DNA from: a virus
Lineage: Duplodnaviria > Caudoviricetes
Length of the DNA: 30,467 bases
IMG/VR virus record: IMGVR_UViG_3300032318_002229
Span: 1-30,467 of that record
Strand: one strand, 5' to 3'
A program made the translations under genes and the position numbers. This document shows positions 1 through 8,838 of this stretch, piece after piece; the stretch's first letter is position 1, and every line of letters begins with the position of its first letter. Under the pieces are notes generated by a model, which was given only the letters and a program-made list of their open reading frames with translations, had not been told where the DNA came from and searched no databases.

Positions 1-2
1 CT

Positions 3-224
3 ATCAAATTTATTCCCATGGTTGAAAAAGGTGAAATGAAATTAGAAATTGGTGGGGAAGGTGAAACAGTGGTAGCTGGAAAAATTCAAAACCAAATGAA
101 AGGAAGAGGTACATTAAAAAGCTACAGTAAAGATAAAAAAGTAGCATTAAAAGAATCTAACCTCATAAAAAAATCTGAATTAAAACAACTTATTAAAGAA
201 GAAATTAGAAATTTAATTAAATAA
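3..224 (+). CDS. 3' end of a putative internal head protein (probably truncated by the window edge)
   Basis: Frame is open from position 3 through the Met at 18. It ends in LKESNLIKKSELKQLIKEEIRNLIK, the helix motif shared with several other ORFs. Confidence 0.6.
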   Translation: MKFIPMVEKGEMKLEIGGEGETVVAGKIQNQMKGRGTLKSYSKDKKVALKESNLIKKSELKQLIKEEIRNLIK

Positions 225-797
225 ATGAATAACAATTCGGTTCTAAAAAAAGAATTTAAACAACGTGATGTTGAACGTTTACGAAACCTTGTAAAAGGAA
301 AACATGGTGAACGTACAACTTTAGGTATTGGTTATCAAAAACCACAAGAATTTCATTCTGAAGGTGATGTTTGGGAGGAAGATGGTCGTACTTGGACTAT
401 TAAAAATGGTTTAAAACAAAACATTACTAAATTGGATAAAGCAAAACAAGGTATAGTATTGCCTTTATTTTGTCCTACTTGTTCTCGTACAATGAAGCCT
501 CATTTAGATAAAAAATGGTTTGTAATGTATGGATACTGTTTTGATTGTCAAGTAGATTTTGAGGCTCAACTTAAAAAACAAGGTAAATTAGAAGAATTTG
601 AAAAACAAACAATAAATGACCATTTAGAAGGAACCATGGTAGACTTTGAAATTTGGTTTGATGAACTGATTAATACAAAAGACCAATTTATTACAGAGGC
701 GGGTGATATTGAAAAATGGGATGGTTCTGGTAAAACACAGTTGTTAAAATATAAACAAGAAGCATTAGAATATTTAAAACAACAAAAAAAGAAATAA
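225..797 (+). CDS. Phage protein with zinc-ribbon-like CxxC..CxxC
   Basis: 190 aa ORF with CPTC and CFDC; starts directly after the upstream TAA. Confidence 0.7.
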   Translation: MNNNSVLKKEFKQRDVERLRNLVKGKHGERTTLGIGYQKPQEFHSEGDVWEEDGRTWTIKNGLKQNITKLDKAKQGIVLPLFCPTCSRTMKPHLDKKWFVMYGYCFDCQVDFEAQLKKQGKLEEFEKQTINDHLEGTMVDFEIWFDELINTKDQFITEAGDIEKWDGSGKTQLLKYKQEALEYLKQQKKK

Positions 798-798
798 A

Positions 799-1407
799 AT
801 GGAAACAATGATTACGGCAATATTAGTGGCATTTATTACAGCAGTGTTGGGACCTGTAATAATTGAGTTTGTTAAAAATTTCTTTAATAAAAAATCAAAT
901 ATTTCTCCTATGAAAGAAGCCATTGATTTAAATAAAGCAGTTGATGATCAAATTGAAATTCTATTAGATGAATTAGAATGTGATAGAATTTGGATTTCCC
1001 AATTTCATAATGGTGGGCATTTTTATCCAACAGGAAAATCAATCCAGAAATTTTCTCTATTTTATGAAAAAGTTTCAGATCACACTGATTCTATCCAACA
1101 CACTTTACAAAATATTCCTGTATCATTATTTCCAAAAGCACTATCGGAATTATACAAAAATGGAGAAATAAAAATTGTAGATTTTGAAACAGATGAATTA
1201 CATGGTTTAGAGGTATTTGGTAAAGAATATAGTTGCCAATCTCTCTATTTACTTGAAATTGATGATTTAAATGGACATTTTATAGGTATAATGGGTATTT
1301 CATATAATAAAGAAAAATATTCATTTACTAAAGAAGATTGGATATTTATAAGGAATAAAGTAGGAGCTATAGGTTCATTATTAACCAATTATTTAAATAA
1401 AAAATGA
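799..1407 (+). CDS. Putative holin (single N-terminal TM plus GAF-like domain, T4 T-holin-like architecture)
   Basis: N-terminal hydrophobic segment MITAILVAFITAVLGPVII, then GAF-like pattern LECDRIWISQFHNGG...IDDLNGHFIGIMGISY. Confidence 0.5.
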   Translation: METMITAILVAFITAVLGPVIIEFVKNFFNKKSNISPMKEAIDLNKAVDDQIEILLDELECDRIWISQFHNGGHFYPTGKSIQKFSLFYEKVSDHTDSIQHTLQNIPVSLFPKALSELYKNGEIKIVDFETDELHGLEVFGKEYSCQSLYLLEIDDLNGHFIGIMGISYNKEKYSFTKEDWIFIRNKVGAIGSLLTNYLNKK

Positions 1408-2504
1408 AAGATATACAACATATAAAAGAATTTTTTTCAAAACCTATAAATGAAGGAAGATATGATTCATTAACTAGAACTGTTGTAAAAGATATTTTAA
1501 ATGATTGGAAAGATCAATTTGATGGTGAACAGGGAAAATTAGAATTTGAAGAAGATTATGAAATGTTTAATTCTAAAGGTCAACCTATTAACTTTGAACT
1601 TTATGCTGTTTTAAACGTTAAAAAAACTAAAGATAATGTTTATAAAGTTGATGGAGGAGCTGATCCTACTAGGGAAGGTTCCGCTTATTTAGAAGTTAGA
1701 TTCCAAGTTGACCCTGATGATTTACCACAAAAATGGGAAGAAATTTATATGGATTTAACAGATGTTGTAAGACATGAAATAGAACATATGACTCAAAAAG
1801 GTTCCCAAGTAATTCCATCCAAAGAAATGGAAGATGATGAAATGTTGAGAAACCTAATAAATTTAAAAATACTCCCTAAATCAGACTATTTTAAATTAGA
1901 AATGGAAATAGATGCTATGTTGCAAGGCATGTACTTAAAAGCTAAAAAAACAAAAACCCCTTTTATTCAAGTGATAAATGATTACTTTGATAAAGTAAAA
2001 TTATCAAAAAATCAAAGAAAAGACATTTTAGATCTTTGGAAACAAAGAGCAAAAGCATTATCTTTACCCTTAAACGAAAACCAACCCCAATCAAACATGG
2101 AACCAAACACAGTATTTAAAATTTATGATTTTTTAAAATCAAAATTAGGACAAGAATTTACCTCCGAATTTCCCATTAAATCAAACTTTTTCTTTCAGTT
2201 AAACGACTATTTAAAAGGAATGAATGAAAATATGACTACAGTTTATGAAGCTAAAAAAGAAGATCCTGTAGATACCATTACAATGGATATTCCTCTATTC
2301 CTTAGAATGTTAGAATATTCAAGAGAAGATGCTTCTGAAGACATGGACTTACATGATGTAACTGAAAAGGCAAATAAATTAGGTAAAGAAAGAGGTATTT
2401 TATCTATGGAAGACTATGAAGAAATTGTAGGTAAGGAAAAAGATACTTTACAAGAAACAATTCTTAGTATTTTAAAATCTAAAAAATTCTTTTCCAAAAA
2501 ATAA
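1404..2504 (+). CDS. Modular putative head protein with HExxH zincin-like motif
   Basis: VVRHEIEHMTQ with downstream EIDA; segments bounded by INE/LNE/MNE/VYE/LQE; ATGA overlap with the upstream gene. Confidence 0.6.
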   Translation: MKDIQHIKEFFSKPINEGRYDSLTRTVVKDILNDWKDQFDGEQGKLEFEEDYEMFNSKGQPINFELYAVLNVKKTKDNVYKVDGGADPTREGSAYLEVRFQVDPDDLPQKWEEIYMDLTDVVRHEIEHMTQKGSQVIPSKEMEDDEMLRNLINLKILPKSDYFKLEMEIDAMLQGMYLKAKKTKTPFIQVINDYFDKVKLSKNQRKDILDLWKQRAKALSLPLNENQPQSNMEPNTVFKIYDFLKSKLGQEFTSEFPIKSNFFFQLNDYLKGMNENMTTVYEAKKEDPVDTITMDIPLFLRMLEYSREDASEDMDLHDVTEKANKLGKERGILSMEDYEEIVGKEKDTLQETILSILKSKKFFSKK

Positions 2505-2505
2505 C

Positions 2506-2514
2506 ATATTTATA
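2506..2514 (+). promoter_or_regulatory. ATATTTAT putative late promoter (representative of 11 intergenic copies)
   Basis: Also at 10857, 11424, 13275, 14130, 15230, 18666, 21736, 23346, 28467 and 30052, each just before an ATG. Confidence 0.7.
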
Positions 2515-2527
2515 ATAAATTAAAAAC

Positions 2528-3508
2528 ATGAAAAATTTTGACTTAAAAAAATTTATAACTGAAAACAAAGCTACCTTTTATTCTTCATTAAATGAAGATA
2601 AAACTACCTCTATTGGAAAATCTTTTTTCATAACCAAAGGAGATGAAAGTATGGGTATATCTCCTGGTAAGTATACAATAGTAAAATCTTATGTAGAAGA
2701 TGATGAAAATGTTTATGATATAAAAGATCAAAAAGGAAAAACAATTACAGTAACCCAAGATTATGTGCAAGGAAAAGGTTATTGGAAAAATTCCCCACTA
2801 GCCACCAAAGATTTATCACTTAAAGAATCCAAACTACGCTCCAAAATTAGAGAAATGGTTTTAGCAGAAATGGAAAATTTTAACATAAATGATGAAACAT
2901 CAGAAGTTGATTTTTTAGCTGAAACCCATTTAGGTGAGTTTGGTTATATAAATGAAATAGAAGTAGGAGATAAAGTAAAAGCATCTAAAGAATATGGTGG
3001 ACTATCAGGTATAGTAGTAGATATTAGAGGTTCTTTTATTGTTGTTAAAACAAAAGAAGGAAATGAATCATATCATGAATCTGATTTAAAGGTATTAAAT
3101 AAAGAATCTAAACTACGCTCTAAAATTAGAGAAATGGTTTTAGCAGAAATGGAAAACTTTAATATAAATGATGAAACATCAGAATATGATTTTTTAGCTG
3201 AATTAGAAGGAATGTTAGATGAAAAAGAATTAAATCAAAAACCTTCCAAAAAAGATAAAGAAACAGAAGCAGCAGATGATGTAACAGTAGATGATACAGA
3301 AGATGTTGAAATAGAAGATACAGAAATAGATACTAGTGAAGTAGATCCTACTGTAAAGGCAGTACAAGATGCTTTAACTCAAGCACAAGCCGCTTCACAA
3401 AAATTAGGAGATGAAAAATTATCAAACCAAATAGGAAATACTATTACTTATTTTACTAGGGCCCATATTTCAAAACCAAATACCTTGAAGGAATTATATG
3501 ATTTCTGA
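2528..3508 (+). CDS. Modular putative internal head protein with duplicated KESKLRSKIREMV block and SH3/KOW-like insert
   Basis: 326 aa; N-terminus MKNFDLKKFITE; 34-aa internal duplication flanking EIEVGDKVK module; acidic C-terminal part. Confidence 0.7.
   Translation: MKNFDLKKFITENKATFYSSLNEDKTTSIGKSFFITKGDESMGISPGKYTIVKSYVEDDENVYDIKDQKGKTITVTQDYVQGKGYWKNSPLATKDLSLKESKLRSKIREMVLAEMENFNINDETSEVDFLAETHLGEFGYINEIEVGDKVKASKEYGGLSGIVVDIRGSFIVVKTKEGNESYHESDLKVLNKESKLRSKIREMVLAEMENFNINDETSEYDFLAELEGMLDEKELNQKPSKKDKETEAADDVTVDDTEDVEIEDTEIDTSEVDPTVKAVQDALTQAQAASQKLGDEKLSNQIGNTITYFTRAHISKPNTLKELYDF
2821..3202 (+). repeat. 103-bp direct repeat (2821-2923 and 3100-3202, about 6 mismatches)
   Basis: taaagaatcYaaactacgctcYaaaattagagaaatggttttagcagaaatggaaaa...ttttttagctgaa occurs twice, offset 279 nt. 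Confidence 0.95.
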
Positions 3509-4415
3509 AAACCTAACTAAGGCTCAATTAGAAAAAAGAGAGCAATATTTAAAAACTCTCAAAAAACAAAAATCCCAATTAGTAAAAAGATATGGGAAAG
3601 ATGCTGAATCTGTTATGTATGGAAGAGCAACAAATATGGCAAAAAATGCAGTAGAAACAATGAATAATCAAAATCTAAAAGAACTAGTTAGAAAATCTTT
3701 AATGAAAGAATCCGATGTTGAGGTAAGAGCCGATAAAATTGGAGGAGAACAACAACTATCTCAAGTATTTTCTCTTTTGGATGAACTTGAAAAATTGCTT
3801 AAAAGGCATGATTGGTATTATATGATGTCTGATGATAACAGAATTTATGATCAAGGGGAAACAATTAAACAACAAGTTTTAGGTTTAATGAGAAAACTTA
3901 AAAACCTTGGTTACCATCAAGATGCCAAAAACTTATATAATCAATATGCTCCTTCAAATATGGCTCTAAAAGAAACCAGTAAATTTTCTAAACAATACGA
4001 TGATAATCCTTCCTTAAAAGGAGGTCAAAAGAAATTACCTGATGCTTTGCAAAAATCCATTATTAAAAAATCCCAAGTTGATGAAGATATTGATTTAGGC
4101 CATCAAGATAACGAACCACATCATATTAAATCCGAATTATATAAAATAGGAAAATATGCTATGGAGCTTTACCAAACAATGGATGAACTTGAAGGTAAAG
4201 GAGAAATAGATTTGCCTGCTTGGTGGCAATCAAAAATTACAAAAGCATGTTCAATGATTAGTAGTGCTAAACATTATCTTGAATTTGAAATTAAAGAACC
4301 TCAAATTGATAATATGGTAAATTCATTAACTAATGAAAATACTTTTCCATTATCTAAAATAAATTCAAGTAAGTTGGCTGAAACTATATCAAATAAGTTA
4401 AAAAATAATGACTAA
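3498..4415 (+). CDS. Modular putative head protein
   Basis: 305 aa; internal helix MNNQNLKELVRKSLMKE; distinct blocks HDWYYMMSDD and DLGHQDNEP...LPAWWQSKITKA separated by LKE/VDE. Confidence 0.7.
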   Translation: MISENLTKAQLEKREQYLKTLKKQKSQLVKRYGKDAESVMYGRATNMAKNAVETMNNQNLKELVRKSLMKESDVEVRADKIGGEQQLSQVFSLLDELEKLLKRHDWYYMMSDDNRIYDQGETIKQQVLGLMRKLKNLGYHQDAKNLYNQYAPSNMALKETSKFSKQYDDNPSLKGGQKKLPDALQKSIIKKSQVDEDIDLGHQDNEPHHIKSELYKIGKYAMELYQTMDELEGKGEIDLPAWWQSKITKACSMISSAKHYLEFEIKEPQIDNMVNSLTNENTFPLSKINSSKLAETISNKLKNND

Positions 4416-4893
4416 AAACGAACTAAGGGAAAAAATTAAGTCTATTGTAAAGCAAATTTACAAACCTGAAACATTATCTGGTGATGGTGGTAATGAAATT
4501 TCTTTAGATGCACCAAAATTCCCCGTTTTAGAAAAATTTCCTGAATTAAAAAAAATCCTCATAGATTTACTTACAAACCAATATGAAATATTTGTAACCG
4601 ATATACAGTGGGTAGCTCCTCGTCCAACTACTTTTAGAATTGTCTTAGCAAATAGTGAAACATTTATTTTAACTTATACTCCTAGAAGCTGGATTACAAC
4701 TATTGAAGGTAAAAAATATTATTTATTAAACATAAGTGAAGAACAACAAGCGGCCCAATCAATAGCAAGAATATTATCTTATGGCATACAAGAGGAAACC
4801 ACACCAGAAGAAGGATCAGCAGAAGGAGCCCAAACAGGCGGAACTGAAGAATCCCCCGAAGAAGTAGCTCCTGAAGAGGAAGAAGAAGCATAA
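4408..4893 (+). CDS. Hypothetical protein with acidic tail
   Basis: 161 aa; N-terminus MTKNELREKIKSIV resembles the shared helix; Glu-rich C-terminus. Confidence 0.7.
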   Translation: MTKNELREKIKSIVKQIYKPETLSGDGGNEISLDAPKFPVLEKFPELKKILIDLLTNQYEIFVTDIQWVAPRPTTFRIVLANSETFILTYTPRSWITTIEGKKYYLLNISEEQQAAQSIARILSYGIQEETTPEEGSAEGAQTGGTEESPEEVAPEEEEEA

Positions 4894-4896
4894 ATT

Positions 4897-6060
4897 ATGG
4901 ATACATTAGATTTATTTTTTAAAAAGTATAATTATAAATTTGAAAAAGGATATCCTGACATGACCAATGATCAGGATATTTTGTTATTAGAATCAATATT
5001 AAAGCAATTTAATGTTGATATAAATTTACAAGAAGTGAAAAAACCATTTGAATTCTTAAGTCCTTTAGCCCAAAAAGTAGGCCAACAGTTAATGGATGCT
5101 TTTAATATACCAAAAGATAATATAAGATCATCTACAAAAAATAGAATAGTATTACTTTTAGATATACCAAGACCACAAGTTTTTCAAACATTAGAAGATT
5201 TAGGATTCAAAAAAAGTATAATGATTCCTGGTTCTTCTGCTGGTGGTTATATAACTCCTGAAGGTATCGAAATAATACACAAATCAAAATCTTTAACAGC
5301 AATGGGAGGAGCAGGAGTTGAAAATGAAAACATATTTGTAGATACAATAAATAATTATACAGACCAATCAGATTCAGAAATAACCATTGAGATAAAATCA
5401 ACAAATGGTAAAAAACTAACTTTTAATAATGTAAGTAAAGCCAATCATGTAGGAAAAGAAGGAGAAAGTAAAGGATGGAAAGGAGATGCTCAAATAGTTT
5501 CTGGTGGAAACACAATTGCCATCTCTATTAAAAAAGATGGAACTTTTAGATGGGAAAGTGCTATGACACGTTTTGAAGATTTTGTAAAAACTTTTTTAAC
5601 TAAAGCATATGATGGTGAAATTTCCAATTTAGAACTAAATCCTGATCCTGAAAATCCTAAAGTTTTACAAATGTGGAATCCTAACAATGATAAACCTTAT
5701 GGAAGAATATTTGTTACTGATGTTCCTGGATTAACTGATGAACAAACCCTTAAAAGTATTGCTTTTGGAAAAGATAATGCTATTATTATCCAAAAAACTT
5801 TTACAGAAAATGATTTCAAATTCAATGAAAATACCAATATTTTGAATATAACGGTTTCAAATATAATAGAGTCACTAGATGATTTTGAAGAAGAAGATTT
5901 ACCCATACTAGAATTTGAAAGAAATGCCTCAAAAGCAACCAAACTAGAAGGTCCCTTTGGTAGAGGAATTATATTAAGAATATCTCCTAAAGGAAGAGCA
6001 TTAAACTCAAGTTCTAAAGCAAACAATTTAATACTATCATACAATGATATAATGTCTTAA
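4897..6060 (+). CDS. Putative PD-(D/E)xK restriction-like nuclease with N-terminal leader
   Basis: GVENE ... KGDAQIV ... IAISIKK resembles the E...D...(S/E)xK nuclease pattern; leader ends at INLQE. Confidence 0.45.
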   Translation: MDTLDLFFKKYNYKFEKGYPDMTNDQDILLLESILKQFNVDINLQEVKKPFEFLSPLAQKVGQQLMDAFNIPKDNIRSSTKNRIVLLLDIPRPQVFQTLEDLGFKKSIMIPGSSAGGYITPEGIEIIHKSKSLTAMGGAGVENENIFVDTINNYTDQSDSEITIEIKSTNGKKLTFNNVSKANHVGKEGESKGWKGDAQIVSGGNTIAISIKKDGTFRWESAMTRFEDFVKTFLTKAYDGEISNLELNPDPENPKVLQMWNPNNDKPYGRIFVTDVPGLTDEQTLKSIAFGKDNAIIIQKTFTENDFKFNENTNILNITVSNIIESLDDFEEEDLPILEFERNASKATKLEGPFGRGIILRISPKGRALNSSSKANNLILSYNDIMS

Positions 6061-6071
6061 TACTTATAATC

Positions 6072-7181
6072 ATGAACCTAAAACAACTAATATCAGAAAT
6101 ATTAATAAATAAAGGTATAATCAATGAATCCGATTGTAATTGTGGTCCTATTAAACGTAATAAAGCACCTATATTAAATGAGGGTCTAGCCTCGCGTGAG
6201 ATATTGTCTGAGGGATTACAATATCATATAGACAACAATAAACCGCTTATAGAACAAACTTATCGCGCTGGTTCAACCAATTATTTTAATTTATGGGCTG
6301 AGGCAAGAGCTTTATATACTCGTGGAATATTGGATTTTTTTGGTGATGATTTAACTATTTTAACTGAAACCCATTTAGGTGAGTTTGGTTTATATGAGGG
6401 TAAAAAAGTTCCATTGGATTTTCCTATGGAAGAAAAAAATAAATATTCTTCAATATTAGAGGATATAACAATTTTTGGTAAAATATATGAAAATGTAAAC
6501 ATAGAAAATTCATATTCTTTGGATGATATTGAATCTGATGGCGTAAGTAATAGTTTCATTTTTACTGATAAACATGGTATAAAACGAAAATTATCATTTT
6601 TTAAGGGAAATAGTATTAAATTGTTATGGTTAGATCCTTCAACCCAAAAGTGGAGTACGGAAAAAATCCCAAGCAAATACGAGGATGATAAAGTAATGAA
6701 TACTTTTGGTAAAATATTAATTAAAATAATATTACCAAAATATGGTTCATTTGCATTTAAAGCTTTAAATGCTGCCCGTTATCGTTTATTTAGGGCTTTA
6801 ATATATAATAGCTTAGATACTTCAAGATATGATATGGATTTTAATGATGAAACCATGGAAATTGAAGTCCGTAATAAAAATATAAATGAAACCAAAAAAC
6901 CCAAGAAAAAAGACCCTCCATTAAATAAACCAAAACGAGGCGGTGCAAAAAAGTTTTATGTATATGTAAGAGATCCTAAAACCAAAAATATTAAAAAAGT
7001 TAGTTTTGGTCAAGCAGGTATGTCTGCTAAAATTAACGACCCTAAAGCACGTAGGGCGTTTGCCAAAAGACATAAATGTGGTACTGGAGAACCAAAAACT
7101 AGTGCTAAATATTGGTCATGTAGGCTTCCAAGGTACTCATCTTTATTAGGTTTAAAATCAAACTTTACAGGATTTTGGTAA
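6072..7181 (+). CDS. Modular protein with basic, Cys-containing C-terminal domain
   Basis: N-terminus MNLKQLISEIL..IINE; C-terminus KKFYVYV..KKVSFG..AFAKRHKC..KYWSC after an INE junction. Confidence 0.7.
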   Translation: MNLKQLISEILINKGIINESDCNCGPIKRNKAPILNEGLASREILSEGLQYHIDNNKPLIEQTYRAGSTNYFNLWAEARALYTRGILDFFGDDLTILTETHLGEFGLYEGKKVPLDFPMEEKNKYSSILEDITIFGKIYENVNIENSYSLDDIESDGVSNSFIFTDKHGIKRKLSFFKGNSIKLLWLDPSTQKWSTEKIPSKYEDDKVMNTFGKILIKIILPKYGSFAFKALNAARYRLFRALIYNSLDTSRYDMDFNDETMEIEVRNKNINETKKPKKKDPPLNKPKRGGAKKFYVYVRDPKTKNIKKVSFGQAGMSAKINDPKARRAFAKRHKCGTGEPKTSAKYWSCRLPRYSSLLGLKSNFTGFW

Positions 7182-7555
7182 TGATTAAATTCACCGACAT
7201 ATTAAACGAAATTCTTGAAGAAGAAAAAAAGAAAGCAGATCGTTGTAAACGTATTGCTGACCGTAAATTTGATAAACCTTCTGCTTACAAGTCCGGTGCT
7301 ATTATAAGATGCAGGCAAGGTGATATTTGGAAAGATTTAAAAGAAGATGAATCCCTCCATAAATGGTTTAAACGTTCTGGTCCAAAAGGTAAAGAAGGTG
7401 GTTGGGTAGATTGTAATGCTCCTGACGGTAAAGGAGGTTATAAAGCTTGTGGTAGAAAAGAAGGTGAAAAACGCTCAAAATACCCTTCTTGTAGACCAAC
7501 TCCATCAGGATGTAAAACAAAAGGTAAAGGCAAAACATGGGGGAAAACAAAATGA
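7181..7555 (+). CDS. Small basic Cys-rich protein (two modules)
   Basis: Start placed at the TAATG overlap (7181); MIKFTDILNEILEE leader; modules PSAYKSGAIIRC and LHKWFKR..WVDC..CGR..YPSCRP joined at LKE. Confidence 0.65.
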   Translation: MIKFTDILNEILEEEKKKADRCKRIADRKFDKPSAYKSGAIIRCRQGDIWKDLKEDESLHKWFKRSGPKGKEGGWVDCNAPDGKGGYKACGRKEGEKRSKYPSCRPTPSGCKTKGKGKTWGKTK

Positions 7556-7881
7556 TAAAACTTATAAGCATATTATCTGAAGTTAAAAAAGTTAAAGAAA
7601 CCTTTGAAGAATTTGCAAATATCAGAGGTAAAGGTGCTGCTAAAATAGCTGAAAATGCAGAAAAGAAAGGTGGTTTAGCACTTTTAACTTGGCATCATTT
7701 TAAAGTTAAAGGTCCCTATTATAAAAAAGCAAACGAAGGTAAACTTGACTTAGAAAAAGCAAAAGCAGAATTTGAACAAACCTATAAAAAAATCTCTTTA
7801 GATATGACTCAAATCGAATTTCAAAGAGAAGTTGGACGATTAGAGGTATTAGGTGAACTTTTAATTAGAAATAAGAAGTAA
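7552..7881 (+). CDS. Hypothetical protein
   Basis: Start placed at the ATGA overlap (7552); leader MIKLISILSE. Confidence 0.65.
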   Translation: MIKLISILSEVKKVKETFEEFANIRGKGAAKIAENAEKKGGLALLTWHHFKVKGPYYKKANEGKLDLEKAKAEFEQTYKKISLDMTQIEFQREVGRLEVLGELLIRNKK

Positions 7882-7882
7882 T

Positions 7883-8521
7883 ATGTTAAACGAAAATATA
7901 CCCTATTTTAAGTGTTTAATAAGACGTTCACACTATACCCACAGTCCTAAAGATGAGAACGTATTTGATAATGCGTATGCATTTGGGATTCAATCTATAA
8001 CAGGTAAAGTCTTAACATTCCATATTATGACAGATTTTGGAATGGTAAGAAGCAGAGTACCTATTTCGGAACTTTTTATAAGAAAACCCTCTAAAGATAT
8101 ACCATTTTATTTTAAACAACTGTGGGATTGTTTTAGTGAAAACGTATCTGTTACAAAATATTCATTTCTAGTAGAAAAAAGATGCCAGGTTGTCTTAAGG
8201 GATAAAACTAAAGTATGGGCAACATACCTATTTACTGTGGATTGGTACAACAACTCCTATTCTGACGAGCCTAGCGATTATAAAGCAGGGCATGTATTAG
8301 TAGCCGACGAAGGATATTTACTGTGTATGCCTAACAATCGAATCTACTGGAGAGACTCGAACTGGGTTACAGTAAAATTTCCTCTGGATGTTAAGAATAT
8401 AAAGGCAGATAAACATTTAGAATCAGTAGAATCTATAGCAGATAAATGGGTAACTGAGGATACAGACTCTTATTACTATGATATAAACGAAGAAATCTCT
8501 AGCCTAAAAACTACTACCTAA
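7883..8521 (+). CDS. Conserved phage hypothetical protein
   Basis: 212 aa with QLWDCFS, YLFTVDW and PNNRI motifs that I recognise from phage hypotheticals; function unknown. Confidence 0.65.
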   Translation: MLNENIPYFKCLIRRSHYTHSPKDENVFDNAYAFGIQSITGKVLTFHIMTDFGMVRSRVPISELFIRKPSKDIPFYFKQLWDCFSENVSVTKYSFLVEKRCQVVLRDKTKVWATYLFTVDWYNNSYSDEPSDYKAGHVLVADEGYLLCMPNNRIYWRDSNWVTVKFPLDVKNIKADKHLESVESIADKWVTEDTDSYYYDINEEISSLKTTT

Positions 8522-8530
8522 AGGTTTATT

Positions 8531-8794
8531 ATGAGACCATACATTAATTTAGAAACCACAGAATCTTATATTGTTCGTGAATTTAACGAAAATATAGATC
8601 CTACTGAACTTCTTTGGCATAGGGATTTAAATAATAGAAAAATAACAGTACTAGAGGGGGAAGGTTGGTATTTTCAAAGAGACAATGAATTGCCCTTTGA
8701 ATTGAAAAAAGGAATTTCAATACTTATACCTGAATTACAATGGCATAGAATAATAAAAGGTAATACAACTTTAAAAATAAAAATACAAGAATGA
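8531..8794 (+). CDS. Small cupin-like protein
   Basis: WHRD...ITVLEG-G-W...IPELQWHRIIKG fits the two-motif cupin pattern. Confidence 0.55.
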   Translation: MRPYINLETTESYIVREFNENIDPTELLWHRDLNNRKITVLEGEGWYFQRDNELPFELKKGISILIPELQWHRIIKGNTTLKIKIQE

Positions 8795-8838
8795 AAGATA
8801 ACTTTAAAAATAAAAATACAAGAATGAAAGATAACTTT
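8767..8838 (+). repeat. Perfect 33-bp tandem duplication across a stop/start junction
   Basis: aactttaaaaataaaaatacaagaatgaaagat at 8767-8799 and 8800-8832, followed by aacttt. Confidence 0.95.

Noticed and set aside
980-1171. Short plus-strand ORFs nested out of frame (980-1171, 27060-27266)
   Set aside because: Fully inside better supported genes.
2821-8838. CRISPR array or DGR template/variable repeat pair
   Set aside because: The repeats are two-copy and coding, with no spacer periodicity; mismatches are mostly C/T rather than adenine-specific, and no reverse transcriptase or Cas gene is present.
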